A stretch of DNA of 61,366 nt, the filler included. It is 8 parts of 8 records of this genome, joined end to end, with 100 filler letters (N's around TTAATTAATTAA, not from the genome) between each part and the next. Parts side by side here need not be neighbours in the genome. Positions count along the whole stretch, not along the records: positions 18,537 to 25,508 come from SRR31147125_8123; positions 25,609 to 34,327 come from SRR31147125_8137; 6 more parts are not named here. One strand, 5' to 3'. This document shows, piece after piece, positions 21,412 through 32,366 of the stretch (position 1 is the first letter of the stretch; each line of letters begins with the position of its first letter). The notes under the pieces are model-generated. The model worked only from the letters and a program-made list of their open reading frames with translations. It searched no databases and was not told where the DNA came from. A program made the position numbers and the translations under genes.

Positions 21412-22573
21412 ATGAGATTATTATATGACTTATCGGCAACTCAATCTTCAGCAAGTGTAAAAAATCATGGTGGAGCAGAATACTCGATAAGAATATATAA
21501 AAAATTACTTGAAAGTGCTAATGAATCAGTAATTATAGATGCAGTATATGATGATAGAAATGAACTTTCAAAAGAAATATCAATACTTAATGAAAAGTAT
21601 AAAATTAATTTAAAAAACTTTCACTCAGTAGAGGAACTTGGAGAGATTATTAAATCTGAAGAATATGATAAGTTTTATTCGGGCTTGGGCTATGAATATC
21701 AAGATTTAAGTGTTCCAGAAAGTTGTCAACTGTTAATAACAATTCACGGTTTAAGATTTCTTGAAACAGTTGATGATGAGTATAAAGGGTATTTTGATGA
21801 AAGTGGCTTAAAATATAAATATAGAGCGTTTCGAGATAAACTAACAAAAAAAATGATAGAAGATATAAAAAAAGATTTTTACATTATAAAAACTTATTAG
21901 CTAAACTAAAAAGTAATGGTAAAATTATTGTTGTTTCTTCTCATACGAAAAATTCAATATTATCGTTTTTTGATGAAATTAAAAATGAAGATGTTGAAGT
22001 TTTTTATTCACCTGAAAAGATTTCTTCGAAATATGAAGGGGAAATTGAGAAAAAGAAATATTTTTGGTTTTAAGTGCAAATAGATGGGAAAAAAATTCTA
22101 TCAGAGCACTTCTTGCATTAGATGATTTTTTTAATAGAAAAGAGAATAAAGAGTTTAGAGCGGTGATACTAGGTAATGCACCAGACTCAATAAAAAAAGA
22201 ATTAAATAATATACAAAATTTTGAATTTAGAAATTATGTTAGTTCTTCTGATCTAGAAAGGCTTTATGCAGAAGCTTTTGCGTTATTTTATCCATCTCTA
22301 AATGAAGGTTTTGGTTACCCTCCTTTAGAAGCGATGAAATATGGAACACCAGTTATAACATCAGCAATAACATCAATTCCAGAAGTTTGTGGAGATGCTG
22401 CGATATACTTTAATCCTTATTCTATTAAAGAGATGAAAGCTAGATTACTTCAGTTGAGATATGGTAATTATGATGACTATGTAATGAGAAGTCTTGCTAG
22501 ATATGAATACATAAAAAATAAACAAGAAGAGGATTTAGAGAGATTGATAAAAATGTTAATAGATCAGTTGTAA
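21412..22573 (+). CDS. GT4 glycosyltransferase, split by two homopolymer frameshifts (~21875, ~22062)
   Basis: TIHGLR in the N-terminal part; the intervening frame encodes IIVVSSHTK.S; C-terminal EGFGYPPLEAM. Confidence 0.8.
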
Positions 22574-22607
22574 TATTGAATTATAACGCTTATTTGAAGG
22601 GGATAAA

Positions 22608-23585
22608 ATGAAATTAAGACAAAAAATTTTAAAAGCGGTAGGAAGAATACTTTTTGATCATAAAAAGAAGCAGAAACTGGAAATTAAAAACTTAGAAAAA
22701 ATAATTTTTATTCAAAATAGAAATAAAATAGGAGATATGTTAGTCTATACACATGTTTTTAGAGAGTTGAAAAATAAATACCCAAGTGTAGAGATAGACA
22801 TATTAGGTGGAAAAAGCAATACTGATATTTTGGATAATAATAAATATATCAATAAAGTATATAAAATGAAAAATATGTTTTCGATTTTTAAGGTGTTTAG
22901 AAAAGGTTATGATGTATGTTATTATCATACTGAGGAGAATCACCATATTTTTGATTTTTTAATATTGAATCTAATAGGAGCGAAAGTAAATATTGCTCGA
23001 AATAAAAATGAGTTTAACCTTATTGATATTTCTATTGACGGAGACTTTTCAGAATCAAGAGAGATTGATAAATTTAATGCATTATTAAATGTTTTAGAAA
23101 TAAATCCTAAACAAGAAAAATATGATATTTTTTTAACGGATTCGGAATTGTATAAAGCAAAACAGTATGTTGAAGAAGCAAAAATCAATATAGTATTTAA
23201 TAGATTCGGATCGAAACAAGGGAAAACTCTTAATACTTTTACTTCATTAGAATTAATAAAAATTATTTTAAAGACTGTTGAAAATGTTAATGTGATTTTA
23301 ATAGGTCATAGTTCGAAATTATTAGAGCTAGAGGAATTGAGAAATCAATTTGATGGTGAAATAAAAGAGAAAATAAAAACACCAGTTATAAACTCAATAA
23401 GAGAAAGCGCAGCATTGATTTCACTAGCAAACTTGGTAGTTACACCAGACACATCAATTGTTCATATAGCGTGTGCTTTTGAAAAAAAACTAATAGCTTT
23501 ATATAGAAAAAAATCTATTTTATGGGAACCGATAATAAGTGACGCATCAGTTATTTACTCGCAAAAGAAAGAAAAAAAGATGTAA
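22608..23585 (+). CDS. GT9 heptosyltransferase-like (C-terminus probably extends to ~23642 past an A-run frameshift)
   Basis: IGDM and VTPDTSIVHIACAF motifs. Confidence 0.85.
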   Translation: MKLRQKILKAVGRILFDHKKKQKLEIKNLEKIIFIQNRNKIGDMLVYTHVFRELKNKYPSVEIDILGGKSNTDILDNNKYINKVYKMKNMFSIFKVFRKGYDVCYYHTEENHHIFDFLILNLIGAKVNIARNKNEFNLIDISIDGDFSESREIDKFNALLNVLEINPKQEKYDIFLTDSELYKAKQYVEEAKINIVFNRFGSKQGKTLNTFTSLELIKIILKTVENVNVILIGHSSKLLELEELRNQFDGEIKEKIKTPVINSIRESAALISLANLVVTPDTSIVHIACAFEKKLIALYRKKSILWEPIISDASVIYSQKKEKKM

Positions 23586-23676
23586 ACTATATATCATTAG
23601 AAGAATTTGAGAGTGTTTTAAAAAAGAAATTGAGTGACTAGTATTATTACAACATTAAGTATAGAGGAATAAAAAT

Positions 23677-24413
23677 ATGTCTAAAATAAAATTTGAAAAA
23701 ATTAAATATAAAGAATGGGATATTATTTTTTTAAAAGAAGAAGAAGAAAATATTAAGTTAGCTAAAAAAATTATTGATAAAGAAAATATTGATATAATTA
23801 AAGAGTTAAAAAATGGAAAAAGAAGTTTTGTTGGAGTAACTGAATATAATGGAAAAAAATTGTAATGAAGCAACCACGAATGAAGCATGATGCATTTAGA
23901 ATGAAAATGATGACTTCCATTTTTGAAGGGGAAGCGTTTTCTTCATTTAAAAGTGTAAGTCAGTTAAGATATGAAGGTTTTGACAATATCTATAAACCTG
24001 TTTTATCGATGGAAATTAGAAAAAATGGGATGGTTCAGGACTCGTGGTTTTTATATTATTATGAAGAGGGAGAGATATGTACAACTGAAAAGAATGTACT
24101 TGATGTTTTAGAGGTTCTTTCTTTTTATCATAAATTAGGGCATAGACATTCGGATGCCTATATTGCAAACTTCATTGAAAATAAAGAAGGAAAAATAATA
24201 CTAATTGATTGTAGAGCTAAAAAGAACCTTTTTGGAAAAATAGGAGAATATTTGGATTTTGTTATGCTGAGTAAGGGAAGAGAAGAGAAAGAAATAACTT
24301 ATCCATTTAAAGATAAACTATTATTTAAATTATCAAAAAGAATATATTTCTTCCAAAAAGATTCAAGAAAAATCTTCAAAACAATAATAAGATTAGGAAA
24401 AAAGAAAAAATAG
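23677..24413 (+). CDS. second LPS core kinase (WaaY-like), split at an A7 run near 23855
   Basis: ORFs 23677-23865 and 23865-24413 join; H.LG..HSD....NF and IDC motifs. Confidence 0.75.
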
Positions 24414-24452
24414 ATTTGAGTTAATTTTATCAATATAAAGTGAGGGGTTAGT

Positions 24453-25469
24453 TTGAAAAAAATTCTGATATTTCATACCGCGTTTATTGGTGATGTTGTT
24501 TTATCGACACCGATGATTAAAAAAATAAAAACAGAATATTCTGATAGTGAGGTAGTATTTGTAACGACACCAGCGGGAAAAGCTATCCTTAAAAATAACC
24601 CTCATTTGAATGAGATAATAGCTTTTGATAAGCGTGGGAAAAATAAAGGGATATCAGGAGCCTTTAAATTTGCGATGCAACTAGAAAAATATAAATTTGA
24701 TATTGCTTATGTTCTACATAGATATTTAAGAAGCACACTAATAACTTATCTAGCAAAGATACCTGTTAGAATAGGTTTTTCTAATAGCGAAGGTAGGTTT
24801 ATATTAACTGAAAAATATGAACATAATAAATCTTTTCATGAAGTAGATAAGTTGCTATCTTTAGTTGTAAGAGATTTAAATTTTAATGATAAAAGTATTG
24901 AACTTTTTCCAAGTGAAAGTGAAAAAGAAAAAATAGATAAAATATTTAAAGATAATAAGCTAAGTGGTAAAAAAATAGTAACTATAGCAGCTGGTAGCAA
25001 ATGGAAAACAAAGATGTGGCCAACTGAAAATTTTAATAAAGTTATTGAAAATTTATCTAAAAATGATAATTATAGAATAATTCTGATAGGTGCCAAAGAT
25101 GAGCTTAAACTTGGAATAAAAGAAACTGATAAAACAGTTAATTTAATAAATAAAACTTCACTTCTTGAGCTTGCAGAGGTAATGAGAAGAAGTGATGTAG
25201 TCCTGACAAATGATAGTTCACCTATACATATTGCCAGTGCATTTGAAAAACCGTATATTTTTGCAATATTCGGTGCTACTGTTAGAGAGTTAGGCTTCTA
25301 CCCATGGAGTAAAAATAGTGAAATTATTGAGAATAAAGGTTTATATTGTAGACCTTGTGGTCTTCATGGGGGCAATAAATGTCCTGAGGGACATTTTAGG
25401 TGTATGACTGAGATAAAGGCAGAATATGTATATGATAAAATAAATGCAAAATTAAATAACCTTTCTTAA
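24453..25469 (+). CDS. waaF: LPS heptosyltransferase II-like GT9
   Basis: TAFIGDVVL, TNDSSPIHIA, FGAT and CRPCGLHG..CP.GHFRCM motifs. Confidence 0.85.
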   Translation: MKKILIFHTAFIGDVVLSTPMIKKIKTEYSDSEVVFVTTPAGKAILKNNPHLNEIIAFDKRGKNKGISGAFKFAMQLEKYKFDIAYVLHRYLRSTLITYLAKIPVRIGFSNSEGRFILTEKYEHNKSFHEVDKLLSLVVRDLNFNDKSIELFPSESEKEKIDKIFKDNKLSGKKIVTIAAGSKWKTKMWPTENFNKVIENLSKNDNYRIILIGAKDELKLGIKETDKTVNLINKTSLLELAEVMRRSDVVLTNDSSPIHIASAFEKPYIFAIFGATVRELGFYPWSKNSEIIENKGLYCRPCGLHGGNKCPEGHFRCMTEIKAEYVYDKINAKLNNLS

Positions 25470-25508
25470 TAGCTTAACAAAGTATAGATTTTGTAAGTTT
25501 TATGTGAG

Positions 25509-25608
25509 NNNNNNNNNNNNNNNNNNNNNNNNNNNNNNNNNNNNNNNNNNNNTTAATTAATTAANNNNNNNNNNNNNNNNNNNNNNNNNNNNNNNNNNNN
25601 NNNNNNNN
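25509..25608. other. artificial contig linker
   Basis: N-run/TTAATTAATTAA/N-run. Confidence 0.99.
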
Positions 25609-25867
25609 CTATTCCAAAATACGAAGTATCCGACAAAAATACACATTTCGACTTAGCTTCTGGGTTATCGTATGCTTTATCACCATCAATAACCACCTCT
25701 CCTCCATCCGACTTATATACACCAGTAATAAGTCTCATAAGAGTAGACTTTCCTGCACCGTTTGATCCAACAATACCAAAAATTCCGCCTTGTTCTATAT
25801 TCATGCTAAGGTTAATAAGTGCATGAGATTTGCCGAACTTTTTGGTAACGTTACTAACTTCAATCAT
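25609..25867 (-). CDS. ABC transporter ATP-binding protein (YtrB-like), 3'-partial
   Basis: Walker A GSNGAGKST. Confidence 0.9.
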
Positions 25868-25892
25868 ATATTTATCCTTTCCAATAAAGTTT

Positions 25893-26279
25893 TTATCCCA
25901 TTATAGGCTTTGTTTGTTTATCAAATGTTTTTTTAACAATACCCAAAATTTCATCATATGGCACTCCATAGATAGCTAGGTTAAAAACAGTTTCTTCGAG
26001 TAAATCTATATATTTATGTTTATCCTTTTTTATAAGGTTTTTTGCATCCGAAGATACAAAACGCCCCTTTCCAGCAACTGAATAGCATATGTTTTTTGCT
26101 TCAAGTTCGCTGTATGCTTTTTGTAGAGTGTTTGGGTTTATAGACAATTCATAAGAAAGCTTTCTCACAGATGGTAATAGCTCATTTTCTTTTAATACAT
26201 CCTGCATAATAAGCCTTTTATATTGCCTAACTATTTGTTCATAAATTGGTTCGTTCGATTGCTTATCGATTAACAACAA
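25893..26279 (-). CDS. GntR family regulator, YtrA subfamily
   Basis: PIYEQI...LPSVR.L...L.INPNT..KAY..LE...GKG.FV; TTG start after AAGGAGG. Confidence 0.9.
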   Translation of the reverse strand: MLLIDKQSNEPIYEQIVRQYKRLIMQDVLKENELLPSVRKLSYELSINPNTLQKAYSELEAKNICYSVAGKGRFVSSDAKNLIKKDKHKYIDLLEETVFNLAIYGVPYDEILGIVKKTFDKQTKPIMG

Positions 26280-26332
26280 CTTTAAACCTCCTTTCAAAGT
26301 TTGCTTTTATTTGTTATACAACACATATGCAT

Positions 26333-26382
26333 GTGTACTGTGTTATACAGTACACTATACTGCCGTTGGGTTTATTTGTCAA
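26333..26382 (-). promoter_or_regulatory. sigma-A promoter with overlapping YtrA-type palindromic operator
   Basis: TTGACA-17-TATAGT; palindrome GTGTACTGT-N5-ACAGTACAC at 26333-26355. Confidence 0.8.
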
Positions 26383-26585
26383 TACATTATTTTTTTCGCA
26401 AATAAAAACACGTAGCCAGACGTGTCAAAGTGTCGAAAAACCCCTTTGAGTGAGCAGACGTGTTTTTAATAACCGTTGCAAATTTCTAAATAACTTAATT
26501 TGCTAAACAATTCTTTTTCATATTTTTCTGATGCTAAACTTAGTATGGCAAATATATAACACCATATTTCTAAATAGTAGGCATC

Positions 26586-26620
26586 AAAAAACCAGAGCAC
26601 ATACTATACTCTGGCTTTTT
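26586..26620 (-). terminator. spoVG terminator
   Basis: Minus strand GCCAGAGTA...TGCTCTGGT-TTTT. Confidence 0.75.
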
Positions 26621-26648
26621 TCCACAAAAACAAATAATCTTTTAAAAC

Positions 26649-26927
26649 CTATTCACTATCGTCTTCGTAAGTTAGCATATATTCATCAAACGCCTTTAAA
26701 ACCGAAGTTTGAATCATTTCCCTTGTTTGAGCATTGATAGGATGAGCTATATCCTTAAATTCTCCATTTTGAAGCTTTCTACTTGGCATTGCTATAAAAT
26801 TACCATTTTTCCCTTCGATAATCTTAATGTCATGAACAACAAACATATTATCAAAAGTTACGGAAACAATTCCACACATCTTGCTCGTTTTACTTACTCT
26901 TCTAATGCTAACATCTGTTATTTCCAT
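26649..26927 (-). CDS. spoVG: septation/sporulation regulator SpoVG
   Basis: MEITDV.IR...[18 protein letters not shown]...[19 protein letters not shown]. Confidence 0.97.
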   Translation of the reverse strand: MEITDVSIRRVSKTSKMCGIVSVTFDNMFVVHDIKIIEGKNGNFIAMPSRKLQNGEFKDIAHPINAQTREMIQTSVLKAFDEYMLTYEDDSE

Positions 26928-26979
26928 TAGGACACCTCCAAAGCTGTTAGTATAGTACAATATACCTACTTATATTATT

Positions 26980-27006
26980 ATTCTACAAGTTTGCCATATC
27001 TCCTTT
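26980..27006 (-). promoter_or_regulatory. sigma-H promoter of spoVG
   Basis: AAAGGAGAT-11nt-GTAGAAT matches the sigH consensus; spoVG is a classic sigH gene. Confidence 0.8.
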
Positions 27007-27204
27007 ATTTTTTATAAAAAATTTAAATAATATGCGCTATTTTGGTAAAATGTTTCTGTAAAGTTTATTTTCACCAATATTAGAAGCTTTAATGATTAAC
27101 ATAAAAAGTCAAAAATAATTATAATTATACAAAAATATTGCTTTTACTTATATACATATGGTAACATTTAAGTTGATAAAACATGATTTATAATAGAGGT
27201 TTTT

Positions 27205-28560
27205 ATGAAGTACACTAATATATCAAAAGACGAATTGATTTTGCTTGCTGAAGATAGTTTTAAAAAGAAAAACTACAACAAATGCTATTCTGTCTGTTCA
27301 GAACTATTAAAACAAAAAGCTCCATCTGTTGTTGTTTATATGCATTCTATTTGCTCATTAAATATTGCCCGAAAAAACGACGAATATTTGGATAGGCAAA
27401 CCGATAATACTCTTCTTGTTATGACAGCACTTAATAAGTTTTATACAAACAGCGTGGTTAAAAACGAAAAGATAAACTTTTATGTGTTAGATATCCTTCA
27501 AACACTTTTACTTTTAAACGTAGATTGTGCCATATATACAATTAAAAGCAAAAAACAGTTAAGATCAAAAAAGAGATTAGAAAATAGCCTTTTACTTTCT
27601 AAACAAAATTTAAATACACTTAAAAGCTTCAACTTCGAAAGTTTTGCGCTTACTTTTCCAAGCTCTATCATCAAGCTTAAAGACCTTGCAATGGATCAAA
27701 TTTTGGAATTTATTGATCTTAGCATATCTGGATCTTGGCAAGCTGTGGATGAATATAGATTGAAGCTCACAGATACTTATGAACAAATTGCTAGCTTTGG
27801 AAAAGCACTTAGAACAATTGGCGTTGATGGTGTTTTGCAAAAAGAGCAAGAAGAATACGAGTATGAGCTTGAAAGAAAAGAACGCGAAAAATATTCTAGC
27901 CAACAGGTAATCGAATATGACGAACAAGGCGATGATGTGGATGATTATTATATATATGATTCTTTGAAGGAAAAAAATAAAAAGAATATCATAACAAAAG
28001 ATGAAGACGATATTGATATAGAAGGCTCAAGCAATAGCAACGATGACTCCAATGATGATCCTTTAGATTCACTAAAGCAAGACTTAGGTATTTTTGATGA
28101 TTTAAAGCAAGAATCCAAAGAATTTATTCCGCCTCAAAATGATCCTGATATTAATAAAACATTAAGCGAAATAGAGCAACTCGAAAGTGAACTAAACGAT
28201 ATACAGCATTCAATTGATGAAAAAAACCAGCAACAAGACGTAGAAGACAACAACGAAGACACCTATGTAGAAGCCTCTGAAGATATGACTTACGCAGAAA
28301 AAACTTCTGAAAAAAAAGCTTCTAATGATAGTCTAATAGAAGCATCTGAATTTGAACTTGATGATAGCGATGTTGAAATTTCTGTTTCTGATGAGTTAAG
28401 TTATGAGGAGAAACAAGCTCTTAAAAAGAAAAAAACATTAATGGTTGATATTTCTATTGTTGTTGTTTCAACAATAATCACATTGCTTATTTTAACGCTT
28501 ATCATGATGCAGTTTAAGCCAGATTTTATCGAATGGCTTATCGATGCGGTTTTTAAATAG
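27205..28560 (+). CDS. hypothetical protein: helical N-terminus, long acidic low-complexity region, C-terminal membrane anchor
   Basis: 451-aa ORF, D/E-rich, single C-terminal hydrophobic helix. Confidence 0.7.
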   Translation: MKYTNISKDELILLAEDSFKKKNYNKCYSVCSELLKQKAPSVVVYMHSICSLNIARKNDEYLDRQTDNTLLVMTALNKFYTNSVVKNEKINFYVLDILQTLLLLNVDCAIYTIKSKKQLRSKKRLENSLLLSKQNLNTLKSFNFESFALTFPSSIIKLKDLAMDQILEFIDLSISGSWQAVDEYRLKLTDTYEQIASFGKALRTIGVDGVLQKEQEEYEYELERKEREKYSSQQVIEYDEQGDDVDDYYIYDSLKEKNKKNIITKDEDDIDIEGSSNSNDDSNDDPLDSLKQDLGIFDDLKQESKEFIPPQNDPDINKTLSEIEQLESELNDIQHSIDEKNQQQDVEDNNEDTYVEASEDMTYAEKTSEKKASNDSLIEASEFELDDSDVEISVSDELSYEEKQALKKKKTLMVDISIVVVSTIITLLILTLIMMQFKPDFIEWLIDAVFK

Positions 28561-29170
28561 TATGAAAAGCATAAAAAACAAACTATGCCTTATAGTAATG
28601 GCAGCAGGTGTTTCTAAAAGATACGGAAACGAGAATAAACTTTTAGAAAGTTTTAATGGTGAAAGATTAATCGATATTGTTGTCGATATTATACCAAATA
28701 ATTTTTTTGAAAGCATTATTGCCGTAACAAGCGACAATGACGTATCAAAGGCTTTTAAGGATAAAAACATAAAGACCATTACAAACCAAAACCCCGAAAG
28801 AGGAGCTGGAAGCACCATAAAGCTTGGGCTTAACTACAGCAACAACAATTGTGATGGATATATGTTTTTAGTATGCGACCAGCCTTTTTTATCTAAAAAA
28901 ACTATAACAGAGCTTGTAGATTTTTGGCATCAAAACACTTCAAGCATATGTGCTTTGGCACATGATACTAAAATGGGCAATCCTGTTATCTTCCCAGGCA
29001 GTTTGTTCAATCAATTATGCAAAATTTCTGATAACCAAAACGGCAAAGTTGTTATTGACAACAATAGAAGTTTACTAAAAAAATATGATATTAAAAACGC
29101 AATCGAACTATTTGATATCGATACTGTATCAGATTTAAAACAAGCAACCACGCATATAACCAAATTATAA
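28544..29170 (+). CDS. MocA/MobA-like nucleotidyltransferase
   Basis: MAAG.SKRYG..NKLL, CDQP, GNPVIF and DIDT motifs. Confidence 0.88.
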   Translation: MRFLNSMKSIKNKLCLIVMAAGVSKRYGNENKLLESFNGERLIDIVVDIIPNNFFESIIAVTSDNDVSKAFKDKNIKTITNQNPERGAGSTIKLGLNYSNNNCDGYMFLVCDQPFLSKKTITELVDFWHQNTSSICALAHDTKMGNPVIFPGSLFNQLCKISDNQNGKVVIDNNRSLLKKYDIKNAIELFDIDTVSDLKQATTHITKL

Positions 29171-29260
29171 ATACATTGCTATCTTTAACAAAAACACGCA
29201 TGCTGTAAGCATAATCATTTGATTTAACGACAGTAATATAGAATATATAAAAGCTGCCTT

Positions 29261-30259
29261 TCAGTAATCGTCAACAACCTTAACGCCTTTAAAATAATGC
29301 TTTAGTATTTCTACATAACTAAACCCTTGCTTCGCCATAGCGTTTGCTCCGTTTTGGCTCATACCCACACCATGACCAAACCCAATGCAGTTAAAAGTTA
29401 TTTTTTCTTCTTCTATGCTGATTGTAAAATTAGTAGAATTTAAATCAAAAGCCTTTCTTATCTTTGTTCCATCAAAGCTAACTCCAGCAATCGTAAGATC
29501 AGAAACTCTTCCTGTATCAGTCCTTGTAACCGCCAAAGCCGAATTGCTAATATTGTTTTTATCCATATCAAAGGATGAATCAATCTCTTTTAGTGTTTTT
29601 ATAAATTCATCAATGCTGTACGTCTCTTTTGAATAATAGTTTGAAGAATTCTGCTCACCTTCGCTTTTAACACTTACCAAATAAGGTCTTTGTGCACTAA
29701 AAACATTACCGCTATCCTCTGTCATACCACCAGCAGAAGCATGGTAAAAAACCTCTATCACATCACCAGAGTACACTGCAACTTCACCTTTGGTATCATA
29801 TACTGCTTTTTTAATCTTATTATAATTTTCTTCAAAATCCTGTCCCCAATTTTCTTTCATGCCATCTACATCAATATAAGCTTGGCAGTGAGCCGAGTTT
29901 GTGCAAACAACTGCTTTTCCATCGCACGCGCTGCATCCATTTTTTTGTGATTTATAGATAGTATATGTTCTAGCAGAAACCGCTTGAGCCTTAAGCGCCT
30001 CTAAATAAAACGATGCAGGCATCTCTGCAGCAACAACACCTACCAAGTATTCGTCTATGTCCATTTGTCTTATTAGGTCTTCTTTATGGAAAAAAACATC
30101 TACAGTAGAAATAGCAGAAACCTTTGTTCCAATATCCTTTTTAACCTTCGCTGGTTTTTTATCTGTTTTTATTATTAAAGCAAAACAAACAATAATGATG
30201 GCAAAGGTTATTATTATAAGCTTCTTCGCTTTATTTTTACTTACATAGTTAGGTATCAA
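29261..30259 (-). CDS. spoIID: stage II sporulation protein D (lytic transglycosylase)
   Basis: YL.GVVAAEMPASF..EALKAQAV.ARTY, HCQAY and GFGHGVGMSQ.GA motifs. Confidence 0.95.
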   Translation of the reverse strand: MIPNYVSKNKAKKLIIITFAIIIVCFALIIKTDKKPAKVKKDIGTKVSAISTVDVFFHKEDLIRQMDIDEYLVGVVAAEMPASFYLEALKAQAVSARTYTIYKSQKNGCSACDGKAVVCTNSAHCQAYIDVDGMKENWGQDFEENYNKIKKAVYDTKGEVAVYSGDVIEVFYHASAGGMTEDSGNVFSAQRPYLVSVKSEGEQNSSNYYSKETYSIDEFIKTLKEIDSSFDMDKNNISNSALAVTRTDTGRVSDLTIAGVSFDGTKIRKAFDLNSTNFTISIEEEKITFNCIGFGHGVGMSQNGANAMAKQGFSYVEILKHYFKGVKVVDDY

Positions 30260-30417
30260 AATCTATAGTTCCTTTTGAATTTAGATAATAATATAGTTAT
30301 TATAGTTTTTAAAGCAATATACTAAACAGCATGTTCAAAAATCGCTTGAATTAATTGCACTTGCTATGATAAAATGTGTTTACTAAATTTACAATTAATG
30401 AAATAGTGTGGTGCTTT

Positions 30418-31209
30418 ATGAAAGCTATTGGTAAATCGTCCGAGCTTATAAAACAAATTAGAAAAGCAAAGACCAAAAACTTGAAAGATAATATAGCATA
30501 CGTTGAGCAAATTGGCGTATTAGAAAAGTTTTTACAGTCTAAAATGATAGATATGTTTAAGGTTAAAGCCACAATAATTTGTGAGGAATTAATAGATAAT
30601 GAAAACACCAATTATATAAAAAATAAACTCATAGATATATCGCAAGATGCATACAGCGTATCCGTTTCTGTTTTCGATTCTATATGCGAAAAGAAAAACA
30701 ATGCAGGTGTATTTTGTTTGATAGAGTTTGTAGAATTGAGTGCCGAAAAATTTATAGCTTCTGGGTTTAAAAAAATTGCAGTGCTGGACGGGTTAGAAAC
30801 CCCTGGTAACATTGGCACTATCTTTAGAACTGCTGATGCTTGTGGGGTAGATGCTATTATTTGTACGGACCAAAGCACTATGGTCTATAGCAAAAAATGC
30901 ATATCCTCAAGCAGGGGAATGGTTTTTCATATTCCCTGTATTTCATTAGATTATAAAACCACTAAAGAACTATTAACTACAAATGATTATAGCCTATACC
31001 TATGTGAGCCGGATCAGGGAAGAGCGTATGATGAAATAGAATATGACCCAAATTGTGCTATTGTGTTTGGCAGTGAACGTTTTGGCATAAACGATGATTG
31101 GTTTAACACGCAGCATAAAAGAATATATATCCCAATGGTTGGAAGCATGACATCTTTAAACGTTGGTGTTGCAGCATCGCTGATAATGTATGCATGCATG
31201 AAGAAATAG
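30418..31209 (+). CDS. TrmH/SpoU RNA methyltransferase
   Basis: PGNIGTIFRTA, FGSE..G and IPM.G...SLNV motifs. Confidence 0.92.
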   Translation: MKAIGKSSELIKQIRKAKTKNLKDNIAYVEQIGVLEKFLQSKMIDMFKVKATIICEELIDNENTNYIKNKLIDISQDAYSVSVSVFDSICEKKNNAGVFCLIEFVELSAEKFIASGFKKIAVLDGLETPGNIGTIFRTADACGVDAIICTDQSTMVYSKKCISSSRGMVFHIPCISLDYKTTKELLTTNDYSLYLCEPDQGRAYDEIEYDPNCAIVFGSERFGINDDWFNTQHKRIYIPMVGSMTSLNVGVAASLIMYACMKK

Positions 31210-31229
31210 CAAAAGAAAGAATTAGCATT

Positions 31230-31724
31230 ATGGACATAAGAAAAGCATCTGTAGATGATTTGCCTGAGATTCAAAAATTATATAGTTATTATATTTTAAA
31301 CACATCATCGCTTTGGCAAATCGGTGATAGACCCTTAGAATATTATCAAGAATCCTATAAAAATCGCAAGGAAAAACATCCACTTTTTGTAGCCTACAAA
31401 GGCAATGAGTTTTTAGGTTTTTGTAGTTTAAATGAGTTTAGAAGCTCTAACGGTTATGACCGAATATGTGAAAACAGCATATATCTTAAACAAAGTGCTA
31501 TAGGAAAAGGCTACGGCAAGCTTATGATGCAAAAACTGATAGGTGAAGCTGTAAACTTAAAATATTATGCAATAACTGCATGGATAGATAGCTCTAATAA
31601 GAGCAGTATAGATTTTCATAAAAACTTTGATTTTAGTGAAGTAGGAACCATGAAAAACATTGGGTGTAAAGGAGATAAAAGAGGCAGCGTTACTATCCTG
31701 AAGCTCGATCTCCAAAGTGACTAG
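31230..31724 (+). CDS. GNAT acetyltransferase (YncA/Pat-like)
   Basis: E.SIY......GKGYG and N..SI.FH..F.F..VG motifs. Confidence 0.85.
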   Translation: MDIRKASVDDLPEIQKLYSYYILNTSSLWQIGDRPLEYYQESYKNRKEKHPLFVAYKGNEFLGFCSLNEFRSSNGYDRICENSIYLKQSAIGKGYGKLMMQKLIGEAVNLKYYAITAWIDSSNKSSIDFHKNFDFSEVGTMKNIGCKGDKRGSVTILKLDLQSD

Positions 31725-32158
31725 TCCAAAGTATATATAGGTTGGTTTGCCATACTATTAGATAATATTAGCAGAGTTTCTGTTGTACCATATTGCTGAA
31801 GGTGACCCACAAGATTTTCTAACTCTGGTACATCAGCAACCAAAACTTTAACAGAAAGAGTATATCTCCCTGTTACATGCTCATATCCAATTATATTTTT
31901 ATGTTGCGCTAAAATAGGCAAAAGCTTATCCTTTGCCTTTTTTTCCATACTAATAAGCACCCTTGCCATCAAAGCTTTGTTAAGTTTTTTTGCATTAACA
32001 ACAGCCTTATATCCTTCAATAACATCAGCACTTTCCATACGCTTTATTCTAGCAGTAACTGCTGGCGGAGTTAAGTGTACCATATCGGCAATTTGCTTGT
32101 TAGAAATTCTTGCATTTTTTTGTAGTATCGTAAGTATTGCGTGATCTATATCATCCAT
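31721..32158 (-). CDS. Lrp/AsnC family transcriptional regulator
   Basis: D.ID..IL..LQ.NARIS..IA..V.LT.PAV..RI.R.E...VI.GY. Confidence 0.92.
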   Translation of the reverse strand: MDDIDHAILTILQKNARISNKQIADMVHLTPPAVTARIKRMESADVIEGYKAVVNAKKLNKALMARVLISMEKKAKDKLLPILAQHKNIIGYEHVTGRYTLSVKVLVADVPELENLVGHLQQYGTTETLLILSNSMANQPIYTLD

Positions 32159-32312
32159 ATCGTCTCCCCAACTATTTCTAATCACTATATTCTATATTTT
32201 TTTATTGGTTTTTGCAAATTCTTTTTGTTATTTAAACTATGAACTTTTATAATTTGCTTTTCTTGCTGCGGTAAATAGTGCTTGTTAGTGAATACACTTT
32301 TATATAAATAAT

Positions 32313-32343
32313 CCCCACTGCGAAACATAGTTTCACAGTGGGG
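32313..32343 (-). terminator. terminator of the NlpC/P60 gene
   Basis: CCCCACTG.GAAAC...GTTTC.CAGTGGGG hairpin. Confidence 0.75.
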
Positions 32344-32366
32344 CTACTAAAAATAAAACCTATATC

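Noticed and set aside
21860-23870. Phase variation or programmed frameshifting in LPS genes
   Set aside because: The same homopolymer indels occur in unrelated contigs and gene types; sequencing error is simpler
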